A stretch of DNA of 63,408 nucleotides, counting the filler, from Stramenopiles sp. TOSAG23-2 (lineage: Eukaryota), in the NCBI GenBank assembly GCA_900128395.1. It is 10 parts of 10 records of this genome, joined end to end, with 100 filler letters (N's around TTAATTAATTAA, not from the genome) between each part and the next. Parts side by side here need not be neighbours in the genome. Positions count along the whole stretch, not along the records: positions 1 to 8,337 come from LT650214.1; positions 8,438 to 16,754 come from LT650215.1; 8 more parts are not named here. The stretch is one strand, 5' to 3'. The translations under genes and the position numbers were made by a program. Shown here one piece after another: positions 1 to 10,736 of the stretch. The notes under the pieces are model-generated. The model was not told the DNA's origin. It was given only the letters and a program-made list of their open reading frames with translations, and made no database searches. The number at the start of each line of letters is the position of its first letter. The stretch's first letter is position 1.

Positions 1-34
1 CTTTTGAATACTAAATAATTTTTACTAAAATTTA

Positions 35-341
35 TAAATCATTTTTGATTTGAGAGGTTAATTAACGGGAGTAAAAGAAATTTATATAACATATGAGTAA
101 GAGAAAAACACATATATTAAAATATATATATTATATATATTTTTATACGCACATTGGTTCAATCAAAAACAAATACAAAAACCGATAAACGAATTGAGAA
201 CTCTCGTGATGAGATATATATAAATAATTTCCTATGTTTATATGTACCAGTATAATAAATAAGTATTTAAAAATCATTTTTGATTTGAGATGTTAATGAA
301 CGGGAGTAAAAGAAATTTATATAATATATGAGTAAGAGAAC
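35..341 (+). repeat. Imperfect ~70-bp direct repeat pair (~35-107 and ~270-341)
   Basis: AAATCATTTTTGATTTGAGA.GTTAAT.AACGGGAGTAAAAGAAATTTATATAA.ATATGAGTAAGAGAA is present twice. Confidence 0.85.
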
Positions 342-1018
342 ATTTTATATATTTTTATACTCGTAAAAAAATAAAAAAAATATATACTTCGTATAAAATA
401 TTTTAATATATTACGAACGTACATTTTTTATACACTTTTTTGTAAAATTTTTTTATCGACTACTATGAATATTTAATTTATTCTCCATTGCCCGAATATA
501 ATCATCAAAATCATTGTCATTGTCATAACTACCACTATTTTTATTTTGCCCAATAATATCATATTCTGCTGCGTCATAATTACCATTAGTTTGTTGAAGT
601 TGTCGAAAGTAGAAATCATCTGGTGAATTATTATTATTATTATTATTATGATTGCTATTGGTGTACATAAAAGAAGTAGACGATTCATCATATGGATCAT
701 AATAATTATTGCGATTTCCACCATTATTACTATAAGAAGATGATGCATATTTTCTTTCATTCATACTTTGTTTTAAAAGCAATTAATAATAATATGTATT
801 AATATATTGATGTCGCTGATTTCTATATATAATTTTTAACGAATTATTAGTAATAAATGATTTATATTATCTGAATTCTATTTTTATAAAAATAGAAGCG
901 GAATGCCAGATCATACAGTAAATGCACGAATCATGGAAGCCTCAAAAAGAAAAATGTGTGTGTTCGTGAAAACGTGTAAGATTATTGCCAGATTTTGCGG
1001 AAAATACACAGTACGCAC

Positions 1019-1252
1019 GTACGCAGTAGTGCTACCCTCTAAAACATGCCAAAACTGTACACTTAACAAATAACACTATTCACTATGGGAAATATGTATA
1101 TATCGTTTTCTAAAATGCCAATTTTATTTTTCATATACTATTGTAAAAAATAGCAAATACCCGAAAATATAGAAAAAAGGATGAATATTTCCCCCATAGT
1201 GAATAGTGTTAAGTGTACAGTTTTGGCATGTTTTGTACATAGCACTGCGTAC
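1019..1252. mobile_element. MITE-like foldback element with ~55-70-bp inverted repeats
   Basis: AAAACATGCCAAAACTGTACACTTAAC...CACTATTCACTATGGGAAATAT (1041-1095) is the reverse complement of 1185-1234. The interior is non-coding. Confidence 0.7.
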
Positions 1253-1734
1253 CACCAGTACAGTACTGTCTGTAGCTATTATGATATGTATTGAAAAAAA
1301 AATATACCTCGTACGTATTCTCTAAAAAATCCTAAATCTAAACAAAGTGTCACTTGAACTAAATGAGGCAATGCACCAATCAAACTAAAATATATAATAT
1401 ATAACAACATGAACGTCGATAGTTACTGTATCACATGTGTGCACATATGGCTACGACTATATATACAAGATATATAACTTACTAACAACCCATGTTTAAC
1501 GCTTTTTATATATATTCATATATTTACATATATACTGTGTTTGATTGCCTGGTATAAAAATTGGTTCAATATCATTATTCAAATGAAAATGTTCATTATT
1601 TTGTACAATTACATCATTAATCAAACTGAGTAAATTAGTTATTGACATAGCACAAGGTATATTCATTAATTCGTTTGAATCCTTATTATATTCTGTTATA
1701 ATAATGCGTTTAATTTTTTTCCTTTGTATTTCAT

Positions 1735-1942
1735 TACTCCAAGATGGCAAATGTTCCGTACTTACTAATTTTGCATTGGATAAACGTAATTTATTGAAAG
1801 TCAATCAAGCAATTTATCCTTTGGCGTGAGAGAGACGATACTCCAAGATGGCAAATGTTCCGTACTTACTAATTTTGCATTGGATAAACGTAATTTATTG
1901 AAAGTCAATCAAGCAATTTATCCTTTGGCGTGAGAGAGACGA
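1735..1942 (+). repeat. Exact 104-bp tandem duplication
   Basis: 1735-1838 is repeated identically at 1839-1942. Confidence 0.95.
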
Positions 1943-2320
1943 AATTTTATGATATAAAATACATAAACTTCCGAAGACGCACCGTCGTACGTGCGTACGA
2001 AAAGTATATAATATGCAGAAGTGTTCGTGTACAAATTTTTTTGTATCCCAGGAACACTTTGTCTCTCTCGCAAATATACCTTATTACACGGTGGTATGAT
2101 ATTTTTTTTGTTTTTGTTGTCTAATAATAAATAAATAAAGTTATTATTAATATTATAAGTTTAAGTTGTTGGGAAAACAAAAGCAATTCTCTCCCTCATT
2201 ATTTTCCTACTTCAATATTATCATGTATGAACGGCAATAATTTCCTAACGACCAGTCGTCTACGTATATATCATATATACAGGTTAAAAAAAGAGTACAT
2301 ATACCATTGTTTTGTACAAT

Positions 2321-4087
2321 ATGGAGGAGGAACATGAGTTAACTCAATTAAACCCCAGTGATAATAATAATGGTGACAATGAGGAGGAAGAAAAATTAGA
2401 AAATGTAGCAGAGCTTAAGAAAGAATTGATTGAAATAGATAACTCTATATATACTCGTATATTAAATGCAATGCAAATGTTAATTATGTCTTCTAGTAGT
2501 ATTTACCTGGCTGTAGCGCTCAATAAATTTATATTTTCTTGGACCACACAATCATCATCAAAAAGTCATTCTACGATAGTTAATATTTTTGTATTGTTTT
2601 TTACCATCATAGGTTTGTCAAATGCAATTAACAAATTGAATAATTTATTGCGTTGGGTTTCAAATAATCCAAATAAACTATGGATATTGTCAAATGTATG
2701 TGGGCATATTATAGCGTTTATGGCTAAAGGAGTGGCAGTTTCTATTGCAGAAATGTGCGAAATAACGAAGAGTGGAATTGTTTTAACCGTATTGTATGCC
2801 ATATTTCTAATTTTTTTGGCAATTGTTGTTTTGGAATGTAAAAAACAAACACTTGAAAAAGAACAAAAAAGAATTGATCGTAAAAATAATAGAAGAAGAA
2901 AATGTTGTTGTGGCGCATGCAAGTCAAATAAGAAGATGAGAAAATGGAGCATGCGAAGAATTTTAAGATATGTAGTAGCATCAAGTGAAAGCATCATGGA
3001 AGGAATGGCTATTTTAGTTGCATTTGTATTAAATTCATTAGTAATTATGCTATACGATCCACATCATGCATTTGCAGAACACAATCCATGTGCTGTTGTA
3101 GAAAAAAAGGATCATCAAATTAATATGGAAGGTAATAAAACAATCACTGGTGGGTCTAATAATGCTGATCATGTCGTGAATGATCCAGGGCATAGTTCTG
3201 ATGAACTTGATAAAGGTGATCTTGATTCTATGTTTATTTTAACGATTGTTGGAATCTTATCATGTTTTGTTATTGTACCTTTCGGTAGATTACAACTACA
3301 AAAATGTAGGGGTAAATTACCAAGTGGAGGTACTGCAAGTCAAGTTAGTATTTTATTTGATAATGGTTTAATTTTTTTTTATGCATGGGCCTTTTTATCA
3401 ATAATCCAGCTAGAAATCAAAGTGTATTCTATATTGTACTCTAAAAACGAAAGTTCAAGCTTCGATGTTATGGTGGGAAATTGGATAGAATTTTTGTTGT
3501 TTGCGGTATTCAGTGTACTTGTATTAGTAAGAACTTTATCAGCAAAAAAAAAAAAAAAACATTGGTATAATGCTTTATTAATTAGCGCAAATGAAAAATT
3601 TTTTTGTATTATTGTCGGTGTGAAATTCGAAGAAGCAATAGTATGTACATTTTTAGATGGTGGATACATTGAAGAAGCAAATGTACCATATTTAAATGAA
3701 TATTTATCTTTCGCCTTTTTTGTACTTGGTATTATAATTTTTATCATTTGTGTTAAATATTTTGGTAAATCAATGGTACGAAAAATGGAGGTTGAAATAG
3801 ATGAAATGTTGGAGGAATTAACCCATAAATCATCATCAACAATCTCGAATACTGAAGATGATAATATTAATGAAGATGATGATAATAACAACAATAGCAG
3901 TGAAAATAATAAAGATCAAACTGACTATTACACTAGACTGAGTAGAAGTTTTGCAAATGAGGAAGAATTTAGTAGTATTGATTACAGCAATGTCGAATTA
4001 CAACGTACGAGTGGTGATAATAGTGCAAATAGTAACAGAGAAATAGTAGTAGAAGATGGAGAAAGTTTTTCATACCGAGAACTTTGA
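2321..4087 (+). CDS. Multi-pass membrane protein, family unassigned
   Basis: Long ORF (first ATG 2321) with about ten hydrophobic segments and acidic/Asn-rich termini. Confidence 0.8.
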   Translation: MEEEHELTQLNPSDNNNGDNEEEEKLENVAELKKELIEIDNSIYTRILNAMQMLIMSSSSIYLAVALNKFIFSWTTQSSSKSHSTIVNIFVLFFTIIGLSNAINKLNNLLRWVSNNPNKLWILSNVCGHIIAFMAKGVAVSIAEMCEITKSGIVLTVLYAIFLIFLAIVVLECKKQTLEKEQKRIDRKNNRRRKCCCGACKSNKKMRKWSMRRILRYVVASSESIMEGMAILVAFVLNSLVIMLYDPHHAFAEHNPCAVVEKKDHQINMEGNKTITGGSNNADHVVNDPGHSSDELDKGDLDSMFILTIVGILSCFVIVPFGRLQLQKCRGKLPSGGTASQVSILFDNGLIFFYAWAFLSIIQLEIKVYSILYSKNESSSFDVMVGNWIEFLLFAVFSVLVLVRTLSAKKKKKHWYNALLISANEKFFCIIVGVKFEEAIVCTFLDGGYIEEANVPYLNEYLSFAFFVLGIIIFIICVKYFGKSMVRKMEVEIDEMLEELTHKSSSTISNTEDDNINEDDDNNNNSSENNKDQTDYYTRLSRSFANEEEFSSIDYSNVELQRTSGDNSANSNREIVVEDGESFSYREL

Positions 4088-4284
4088 CTGCGCTGTGTAG
4101 CATATGTTCGGAACTCGGTACTTTCAATTATAATTTATGGTTCTTCGGGGAATAGTAGTAGAAGATGGAGAAAGTTTTTCATACCGAGAACTTTGACTGC
4201 GCTGTATATGTTCGGAACTCGGTACTCTAAGACGACTTAATGTCTTACGAAGTTCGGTACTTTCAATTAATAATTTACGGTTCT
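4042..4284 (+). repeat. Degenerate tandem duplication of the 3' end of the membrane-protein gene
   Basis: AATAGTAGTAGAAGATGGAGAAAGTTTTTCATACCGAGAACTTTGACTGCGCTGT at 4042 and 4151. Further partial copies run to ~4284. Confidence 0.85.
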
Positions 4285-4927
4285 CGGTATAAAATATTTA
4301 TCAAAACTGATATTATTAAAAGCATTTTTTTTAAAATTACATCCCCACTCTCTATCGGATTTAAATATTTTTATTAGTGAATTTCTCTAGATGCATAGAT
4401 GATTTAAAAAAAATATAATATGTACATGCATGTATGTCTATGGAACGTGCGAACTCTGGGGAAAACTCAATAAATATAAAAAGTTGTCAAAAATTTTTCA
4501 ATATACCTTATACCTTTACCTTATTAATAATATTCTAAAGTATATATTCGTTACAGGTACTTGGTACATTTACACACAAATCGTTAGCTAGCTAGTGGAG
4601 AGAGTAAAAAGTAAATCATATACAAAAATAAATATACAATACAATCAGTAAATTGCAATTCAGTAAAAGGTGCAAAGAAGAGAATAGAAGTATAGAAGAT
4701 TTATATACATAAGAACACGTACATAATATTGATACATAGCATCTGTCTTCGATTTCAGTGAGATAGATATATATCTGTATTAATATTAGTGGCTTCTTGT
4801 GGTTAATTTATTCTTTGGAGAGTATACGTAGGAATTATCACGAGTAGAAATAAAAAATACGCGTACATTTACAATACATAATAACAATTATATATTGATA
4901 CATAGATAGATAGATCAATCATTAAAC

Positions 4928-5272
4928 ATGGGCACGCATACAAATGATGATTCTGTATTTCGTGAATTTCAACGTAGTTTGAAACAAAAACAACCAGATT
5001 TCTTATTTGCACATTTTATGCTAGAGCGTAATAAAAAAGCGTTGGACTCAACTGACAAGGGTGGCTGGACTACATTCATGCATGCGTGTAAAAAAGGTAA
5101 TATGGAAGTATTAAAATGGCTGCATCATCGTGGTGCGGATGTACATAAATCAGATAAACATAACCATACAGCATTGCATATTGCTGTTGCACAAAAACAA
5201 TATGCATGCGTGGAATGGTTAGTAGATGTTGCTAAATTAGATATTACTATTACTAGTAGGCATACCTCTTAA
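4928..5272 (+). CDS. Ankyrin-repeat protein, probably 3'-truncated
   Basis: GWTTFMHACKKGNMEVLKWLHHRGADV and NHTALHIAV ankyrin repeats. The ORF ends abruptly. Confidence 0.8.
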   Translation: MGTHTNDDSVFREFQRSLKQKQPDFLFAHFMLERNKKALDSTDKGGWTTFMHACKKGNMEVLKWLHHRGADVHKSDKHNHTALHIAVAQKQYACVEWLVDVAKLDITITSRHTS

Positions 5273-6137
5273 TTGTTTCGCATCTATCTCTACAATTGTT
5301 GATATTATTACCATCACTATCACTATTGATATAAAGTAATACATTCTGATCGTTTTAAAATGATCTCGTCTATCTGTTGTTAGCTATTGTATATCTATCT
5401 TTCTTTCATCTTTACTCTCCACTCTATCTACCATCTTCTACACACATTTTACACATAACAATATATATATTTCATCCTGAGTAAAATTAGCAGGTAAATA
5501 CGCTTGTAAAAGTGAATTTATGCCTCCTCCGTTTTTTTATTTATTGCATTTGTCATATCTCCCACCTCAAAATTAACTTACTCAAAGGTCCAAATCGATG
5601 TATTTTAATTATAAATTTCCATAATAGGTTGCGCAAATCGTGTTTTCTGCCGCAGAATCCTCTGCCGGCCGGCAATCCTTGTTATATTAATACACTAATT
5701 TTAGCTAATATTGCTACTACACTCTTTCATAGGTAAAGAATTTTACCAAAAACAAAAAAAAATAATTAAAAATCCATTTTCTTTTGTAAAAATTAAGCAT
5801 TCGATATGGGTATTTGGACTTCTTAGAGGCCGATTTCGATGATGCCTAATGAAAAATGAGCTATATAGGGAGCCTTATTTAGCTAGTATAGTAAAATCAT
5901 TACTACTGCTGCTAAAAAAAATTTTTTATTTTTTTTTTTTTTTTATTATTTCTTCATTAAATTTTGGCAACTTTGGATGAGAGGGGACATTTATATATAT
6001 GTACGAACATGTGTGTGTCTGTCTGTCGTTCGGTCTGTCTGTCTCAAGGGAAAATATATCATATGGAAAGGACAATTCATACTTAACGTATATATATATA
6101 AACTATATTTATTGAAATGTTTAACATGCATAAGATC

Positions 6138-7126
6138 ATGGCTTCTTCTCTCCTTCCTCTGATTGTTGGAATGGTAATATGTATATTATCACCAATAGTA
6201 GTAGTAGTACCGCTAAAAATGCAACAAAGGCTACAAAAGAATGTTCCATAGAATATAAAAAATTAGCATTACAACGTGCTAAGACTGCAAATATTATTCT
6301 AAATGTCACAAAAAAATTAAAAAAAGACTTTCATGAAAATAATTTACCTACAGAAGGCCTTGAAAAACATTTTCCATCCAATAATAATGAAACTGAAAAT
6401 ACATTAAATGATACGATGGCGTTTATTGAAATGACGGATACAGACACGATGGTTGTTGTTGATTCAGCAAAATCTAGAGAAGTTTTAAGTGCATTTGTGG
6501 AAGAATCATTTATGAATCATCAAATGGGTATGTCAAGAGTACGCATAAGAAGCGATCAATGGGATGAGTTACGTGCAACGGGTGATCCGAAACGTCCCAA
6601 AAGTCCGTTAGGATATACCCAAAAAACGATTGTATTTAAATTATCTCATAGTTTAACAACTGAACTCAGCGAGCAATTGACACGTTCTTTGACAACCCAT
6701 TTAACTAATTATTTGAATTTAGTTTTAAGTGATGCTGTGAATGAAAAAGCACCCAATCTAGCTGGAAAAGAAGTCATACGAATGGTAGTGCCAGGTATAT
6801 CAAATGCAATATCATATACATCGACTGTGGTAATGCTTCGATTATTACCATTATTCCTAACATCAGCTTTGGACAATGTGTTGACAAATACATTGACGAA
6901 AGCAATTACGCATACTTTATCATCATCATTGACACATACATTGAAATATAGCCCAGACCAAGAATCGCTATGTTACAATTGCCGTGCGCTGAATAAAGAT
7001 TGTGACAAATGCCGTGTTAGCTGGAAAGCAGAAGAAACTGCTGAATTTTATTTAAATCATGATGCTAGTTATTTTAGCGATTATTATTCATTGTATTATA
7101 CAGGTGTTGGCAATCCTAGGCCGTGA
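6138..7126 (+). CDS. Putative secreted protein; signal peptide lies in a different frame from the main ORF 6179-7126
   Basis: 315-aa ORF with Thr/Leu-rich helical repeats and a CxxC...CxxC/Tyr-rich C-terminus. ATG 6138 encodes MASSLLPLIVGMVICILSP in another frame. Confidence 0.65.
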
Positions 7127-7402
7127 GGTGTGTGAGAGAGAAATGTGGGGTGTGCGTGTGTGTGTGGCGGGTTAATTTTAAAATACTAATATAATATATA
7201 TATATATATTTTAATATGTCTCATGCTGATATTTACTCCAGCATATCTTGAATACGAGTACATTTATATACTCGTAAAAATAAATATTTTAATTTATAAA
7301 AAGATACGTAATTTTTATTTAAAAAAAATACGCGCGTTAAGAATATTATTTGCAACACTCTAAACACGCTCAGTCTAAATATGATACTCCATGTTTCACT
7401 AT

Positions 7403-8335
7403 CTAAAAAGGTGATACTTGATCTGGTGGTGCATTACCTCCACAACCTCCATCCTCTGCATTTGCCATGCCACCAATTTCTCTGCTTTGTTTGATACGAT
7501 TCATACCTAATGTAATGAAATATTCAGATACAAATGTAAGATCAGCTTGCTTAATTGGTGCTTTATTTTTTTTCCAATGAAGTTTTGTTGATGAAAATGC
7601 CCCACCCCAAGAACTTTTTGATTTTGATATTACAAAAATATCCTCAGCCATTTTAAATGCCACGTCCGTTTTAACAAGCACAATATTCATTTCTTCGCAC
7701 GCGGTATTTCTGTTTAAGAAGATTTGGAAATTTTTAACATTTCCACCTTTTCCAATGTCAAAAACATTTTCAGCAGCATTCCATGTGTTAGCCCCGGTGT
7801 ACAATCCCCATCTTACAATTTGATTCACTGCATCCTTATGTTTTGATGGTACTTTTACAACACTTTTCAACATGTCTTTCATAAACGATGTAAAATATTT
7901 CGTTGGTAAACCTGATGTTACCGTAATTGTTGTCCTTTCATTGAAATGACTAAATCCACGATCTTGAAATTGGCCAACCAATGATTCGCTTGATTTTTTA
8001 CCAAATAAATTCAAAATACCTTGAACAGCTCCTGTTGCACCACTTACAGAAGATGTTAATGCATCAAATGCACCAAGAAAATTTAAATTACGTCCTTTTC
8101 TCAAGTTAGTTTTTTTTTGAATTGCTTTTAAACGTCTTACAAAATTTCCCGGTGTGGAAAATTTTTCGATCGATTGATGAGTAGTAAATTGATGCCATTT
8201 ATGGTCAAATTTTTTAAATCCTTGTAACGTAGCTTGCATATCAAGTGCCTCCCATTCACCTGGTGTATACCCATGTGGCTGCCCAACTTGTTCATCCCAG
8301 TTGTATTCAGCACCTGCTTTGTATGGTCCTTTGTT
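7403..8335 (-). CDS. Uncharacterised protein, 5'-partial
   Basis: 278-aa ORF whose frame stays open to the contig end. Confidence 0.75.
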   Translation of the reverse strand, partial: NKGPYKAGAEYNWDEQVGQPHGYTPGEWEALDMQATLQGFKKFDHKWHQFTTHQSIEKFSTPGNFVRRLKAIQKKTNLRKGRNLNFLGAFDALTSSVSGATGAVQGILNLFGKKSSESLVGQFQDRGFSHFNERTTITVTSGLPTKYFTSFMKDMLKSVVKVPSKHKDAVNQIVRWGLYTGANTWNAAENVFDIGKGGNVKNFQIFLNRNTACEEMNIVLVKTDVAFKMAEDIFVISKSKSSWGGAFSSTKLHWKKNKAPIKQADLTFVSEYFITLGMNRIKQSREIGGMANAEDGGCGGNAPPDQVSPF

Positions 8336-8337
8336 GT

Positions 8338-8437
8338 NNNNNNNNNNNNNNNNNNNNNNNNNNNNNNNNNNNNNNNNNNNNTTAATTAATTAANNNNNNN
8401 NNNNNNNNNNNNNNNNNNNNNNNNNNNNNNNNNNNNN
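8338..8437. other. Artificial contig-joining spacer N44-TTAATTAATTAA-N44 (first of nine)
   Basis: Identical 100-nt spacers at 8338, 16755, 25169, 33571, 41971, 50354, 58729, 60289 and 61849. The 12-mer gives stops in all six frames, and the flanking pieces fall in descending length order. Confidence 0.98.
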
Positions 8438-9061
8438 TTTTACAGTCCAAAAGTGTGCTTCAATGTTTACTGCCATGGTTAACTTCATTAGTTTAGGCGG
8501 AGAATCTACAATTTTTTTACCAGTCACAATGCCTGCATTGTTGATTAAGATTGTAATATTTCCAACTTTTGAGATAATGTCATTCATTGCTTTTGTTGTC
8601 GTTTCTTCTTTTGACAAATCTGCTTGAACAATCATAATATTCGTCCTAGTGTTGTTCTCGACAACAGCGCCTTCCAATTTTTGTTTTGTTTCTTGCAACG
8701 CATTTAAATTGATATCAATTAATACAATCTGTTTTGCATCAAGTTTAACAAATTTCATTGCCATCAATGCGCCCAAGCCTCCAGCCCCCCCGGTGATTAA
8801 TACCGTATCATTTGAAACGTCTTTTGCCAACAATGACGGTAACATCCAACCAACAACTACTTTCAGCAAGTGATACGGCAACTTACATATGATAAATAAT
8901 AATTGAATTACACCTAGTGGTGACGTCAAGAAAGCTAAAATATACAATACAACCATTATATTTATAATGTTATATGCAGTTGATTCATAGGCACAAATAT
9001 TATTATCTGTCGACAAGCATTCATTGATATTTTTCAATATCTCATTCATATAGTTATTCAT
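8438..9061 (-). CDS. Short-chain dehydrogenase/reductase (retinol dehydrogenase / 17-beta-HSD11-like), 3'-partial
   Basis: N-terminal hydrophobic anchor, VLITGGAGGLG Rossmann motif, LINNAGIV and VNIEAHFWTVK. Confidence 0.92.
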
Positions 9062-9724
9062 AATTGATTTTTTCCTATTGTTAAAAATGGAACAATATTT
9101 TCACAAATGTATTTATTTATTGTATTTAATATCTGCTAACTTTGTTGTTTAGATATTGGTTTTATTCTTGTTTTTTGGATATTCTTCAGTGTTTAGCTTG
9201 TTGAATGTTAGTATTATATATAAAAATGTGTTTATTCATCATTATTTTTGACATTCATAATTCAACTTAAATGGTATATTATTATTGCAGCCTTAAAACT
9301 TTTTTTTTCATTTTTTTTAATAATACCTGTGGTATAAGGTTAAAGGTACAAGGTACAAGGTACAAGCTTTAACTCCTTATATAAGGTGAAATGGTGCGCA
9401 GTTCTTTTTACCTGTACCTCCGGCCATTCTTCGTCAGCTATTCACTCTCTGTCTAATTCTCTCTGGTCTAACTTGCCTTCCAGGCCTTTCTTTAGGCGGC
9501 TAGAGAGGATCAGAGGATCCGTCTACTTTAGGCCTTCTTTGTAGATTCGTTAAGAAAATTTAAAAATGATTTGTATTATATTGTTGTGTGTTTGTATATA
9601 TATATACACAATACACATCCACATTTAAAAAGAAAGATTAAGATATACATTTAATTATATATACATCTATATACGAAAAAGTAAACTGTAAAACATAAAA
9701 CAAGAAGAATACACAAAAAAAAAG

Positions 9725-10003
9725 ATGGCGTTTGCATCATTAGTATCCTCTCCAGGAAAAAAAGTAAATAGAAAAAATAAAAATAAATTTGACGGGTTAC
9801 ATTTATATAAAGGAAAATGGCGTGTACAAGTCACGTTGGATAAAGGATTTAATAATGCAGAAGATGCCCAACGATATCGTAAAAGTTTAATATCGCATAT
9901 TAAAAAAAGACCTGAAACAACTAATAATAATGAAGATGTAAACCAAATGCAAGTGATGGGAGATCATCATCGATCTTTTCTAATATATGTTTTACAGCAT
10001 TAA
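9725..10003 (+). CDS. Small protein with an AP2-like segment, probably truncated
   Basis: FDGLHLYKGKWRVQV...FNNAEDA loosely resembles AP2 DNA-binding domains. Confidence 0.4.
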   Translation: MAFASLVSSPGKKVNRKNKNKFDGLHLYKGKWRVQVTLDKGFNNAEDAQRYRKSLISHIKKRPETTNNNEDVNQMQVMGDHHRSFLIYVLQH

Positions 10004-10736
10004 CATTATTTTCTAATATGGATTGAAACAATGCTTTGGTATATTTTTTCCATTCTTTTTTCTTCTTCTTCGCCATCTTTTGCTGCTATATGTATTATCT
10101 TGTTGTTGTAAATCATACTAATTATGTATGAATGTAAATAAAAAAAATTCTGATGTAAATGTATAAATGATATGCATGCAAGAAGCGTAATATATATTGA
10201 TGTGTACAACTTTCAATTTTCCCAAATGCTATTATATTAGCATGTGTATAGCATTGAAAATGCAACATATGTGTGCTATCTCCATACTATTATATTAGCA
10301 GGTGCATAGTGGGGGGAATCTATATGAAATCATTTTTGCCTTTTTGATAAATCTAATAAAGTTCACTCTGTGTATTTATTTGTATACATAGCGTATAGCA
10401 TTAATCACCTTAAAACTAGCACTACTGTCACAGCACACAGCACCATATAACCATGCCTTGCATGATCTTCTTTTTTTTATATCTTTGCCGAGTTTGCAAT
10501 CCGGCACTTCTTTTAATAATAATGTACATCATCATGTTTAATGTACAACAACTACCAACGACAAATGTAGAATATATTCACACAGATAGAAATATTACCA
10601 ACATATAAATCTTTAAACAATCTACCTACATATTATAGTATTAATACAGTTGATTGTGTATTTTTTGTTGTTGTTGTTTTGAATTCATATTTGGCTTTAA
10701 GATTACAAGTAATATATTAAATTAAAAAAAAGAGAA

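Noticed and set aside
453-782. 109-aa Asn/Asp-rich ORF
   Set aside because: Low complexity with no recognisable domain. It may be real but cannot be supported.
1496-1804. 102-aa minus-strand ORF
   Set aside because: No ATG start, disrupted by the tandem duplication, and no recognisable domain.
1735-1942. CRISPR-like or functional array
   Set aside because: Only two adjacent identical copies with no spacers. A simple tandem duplication or assembly artefact.
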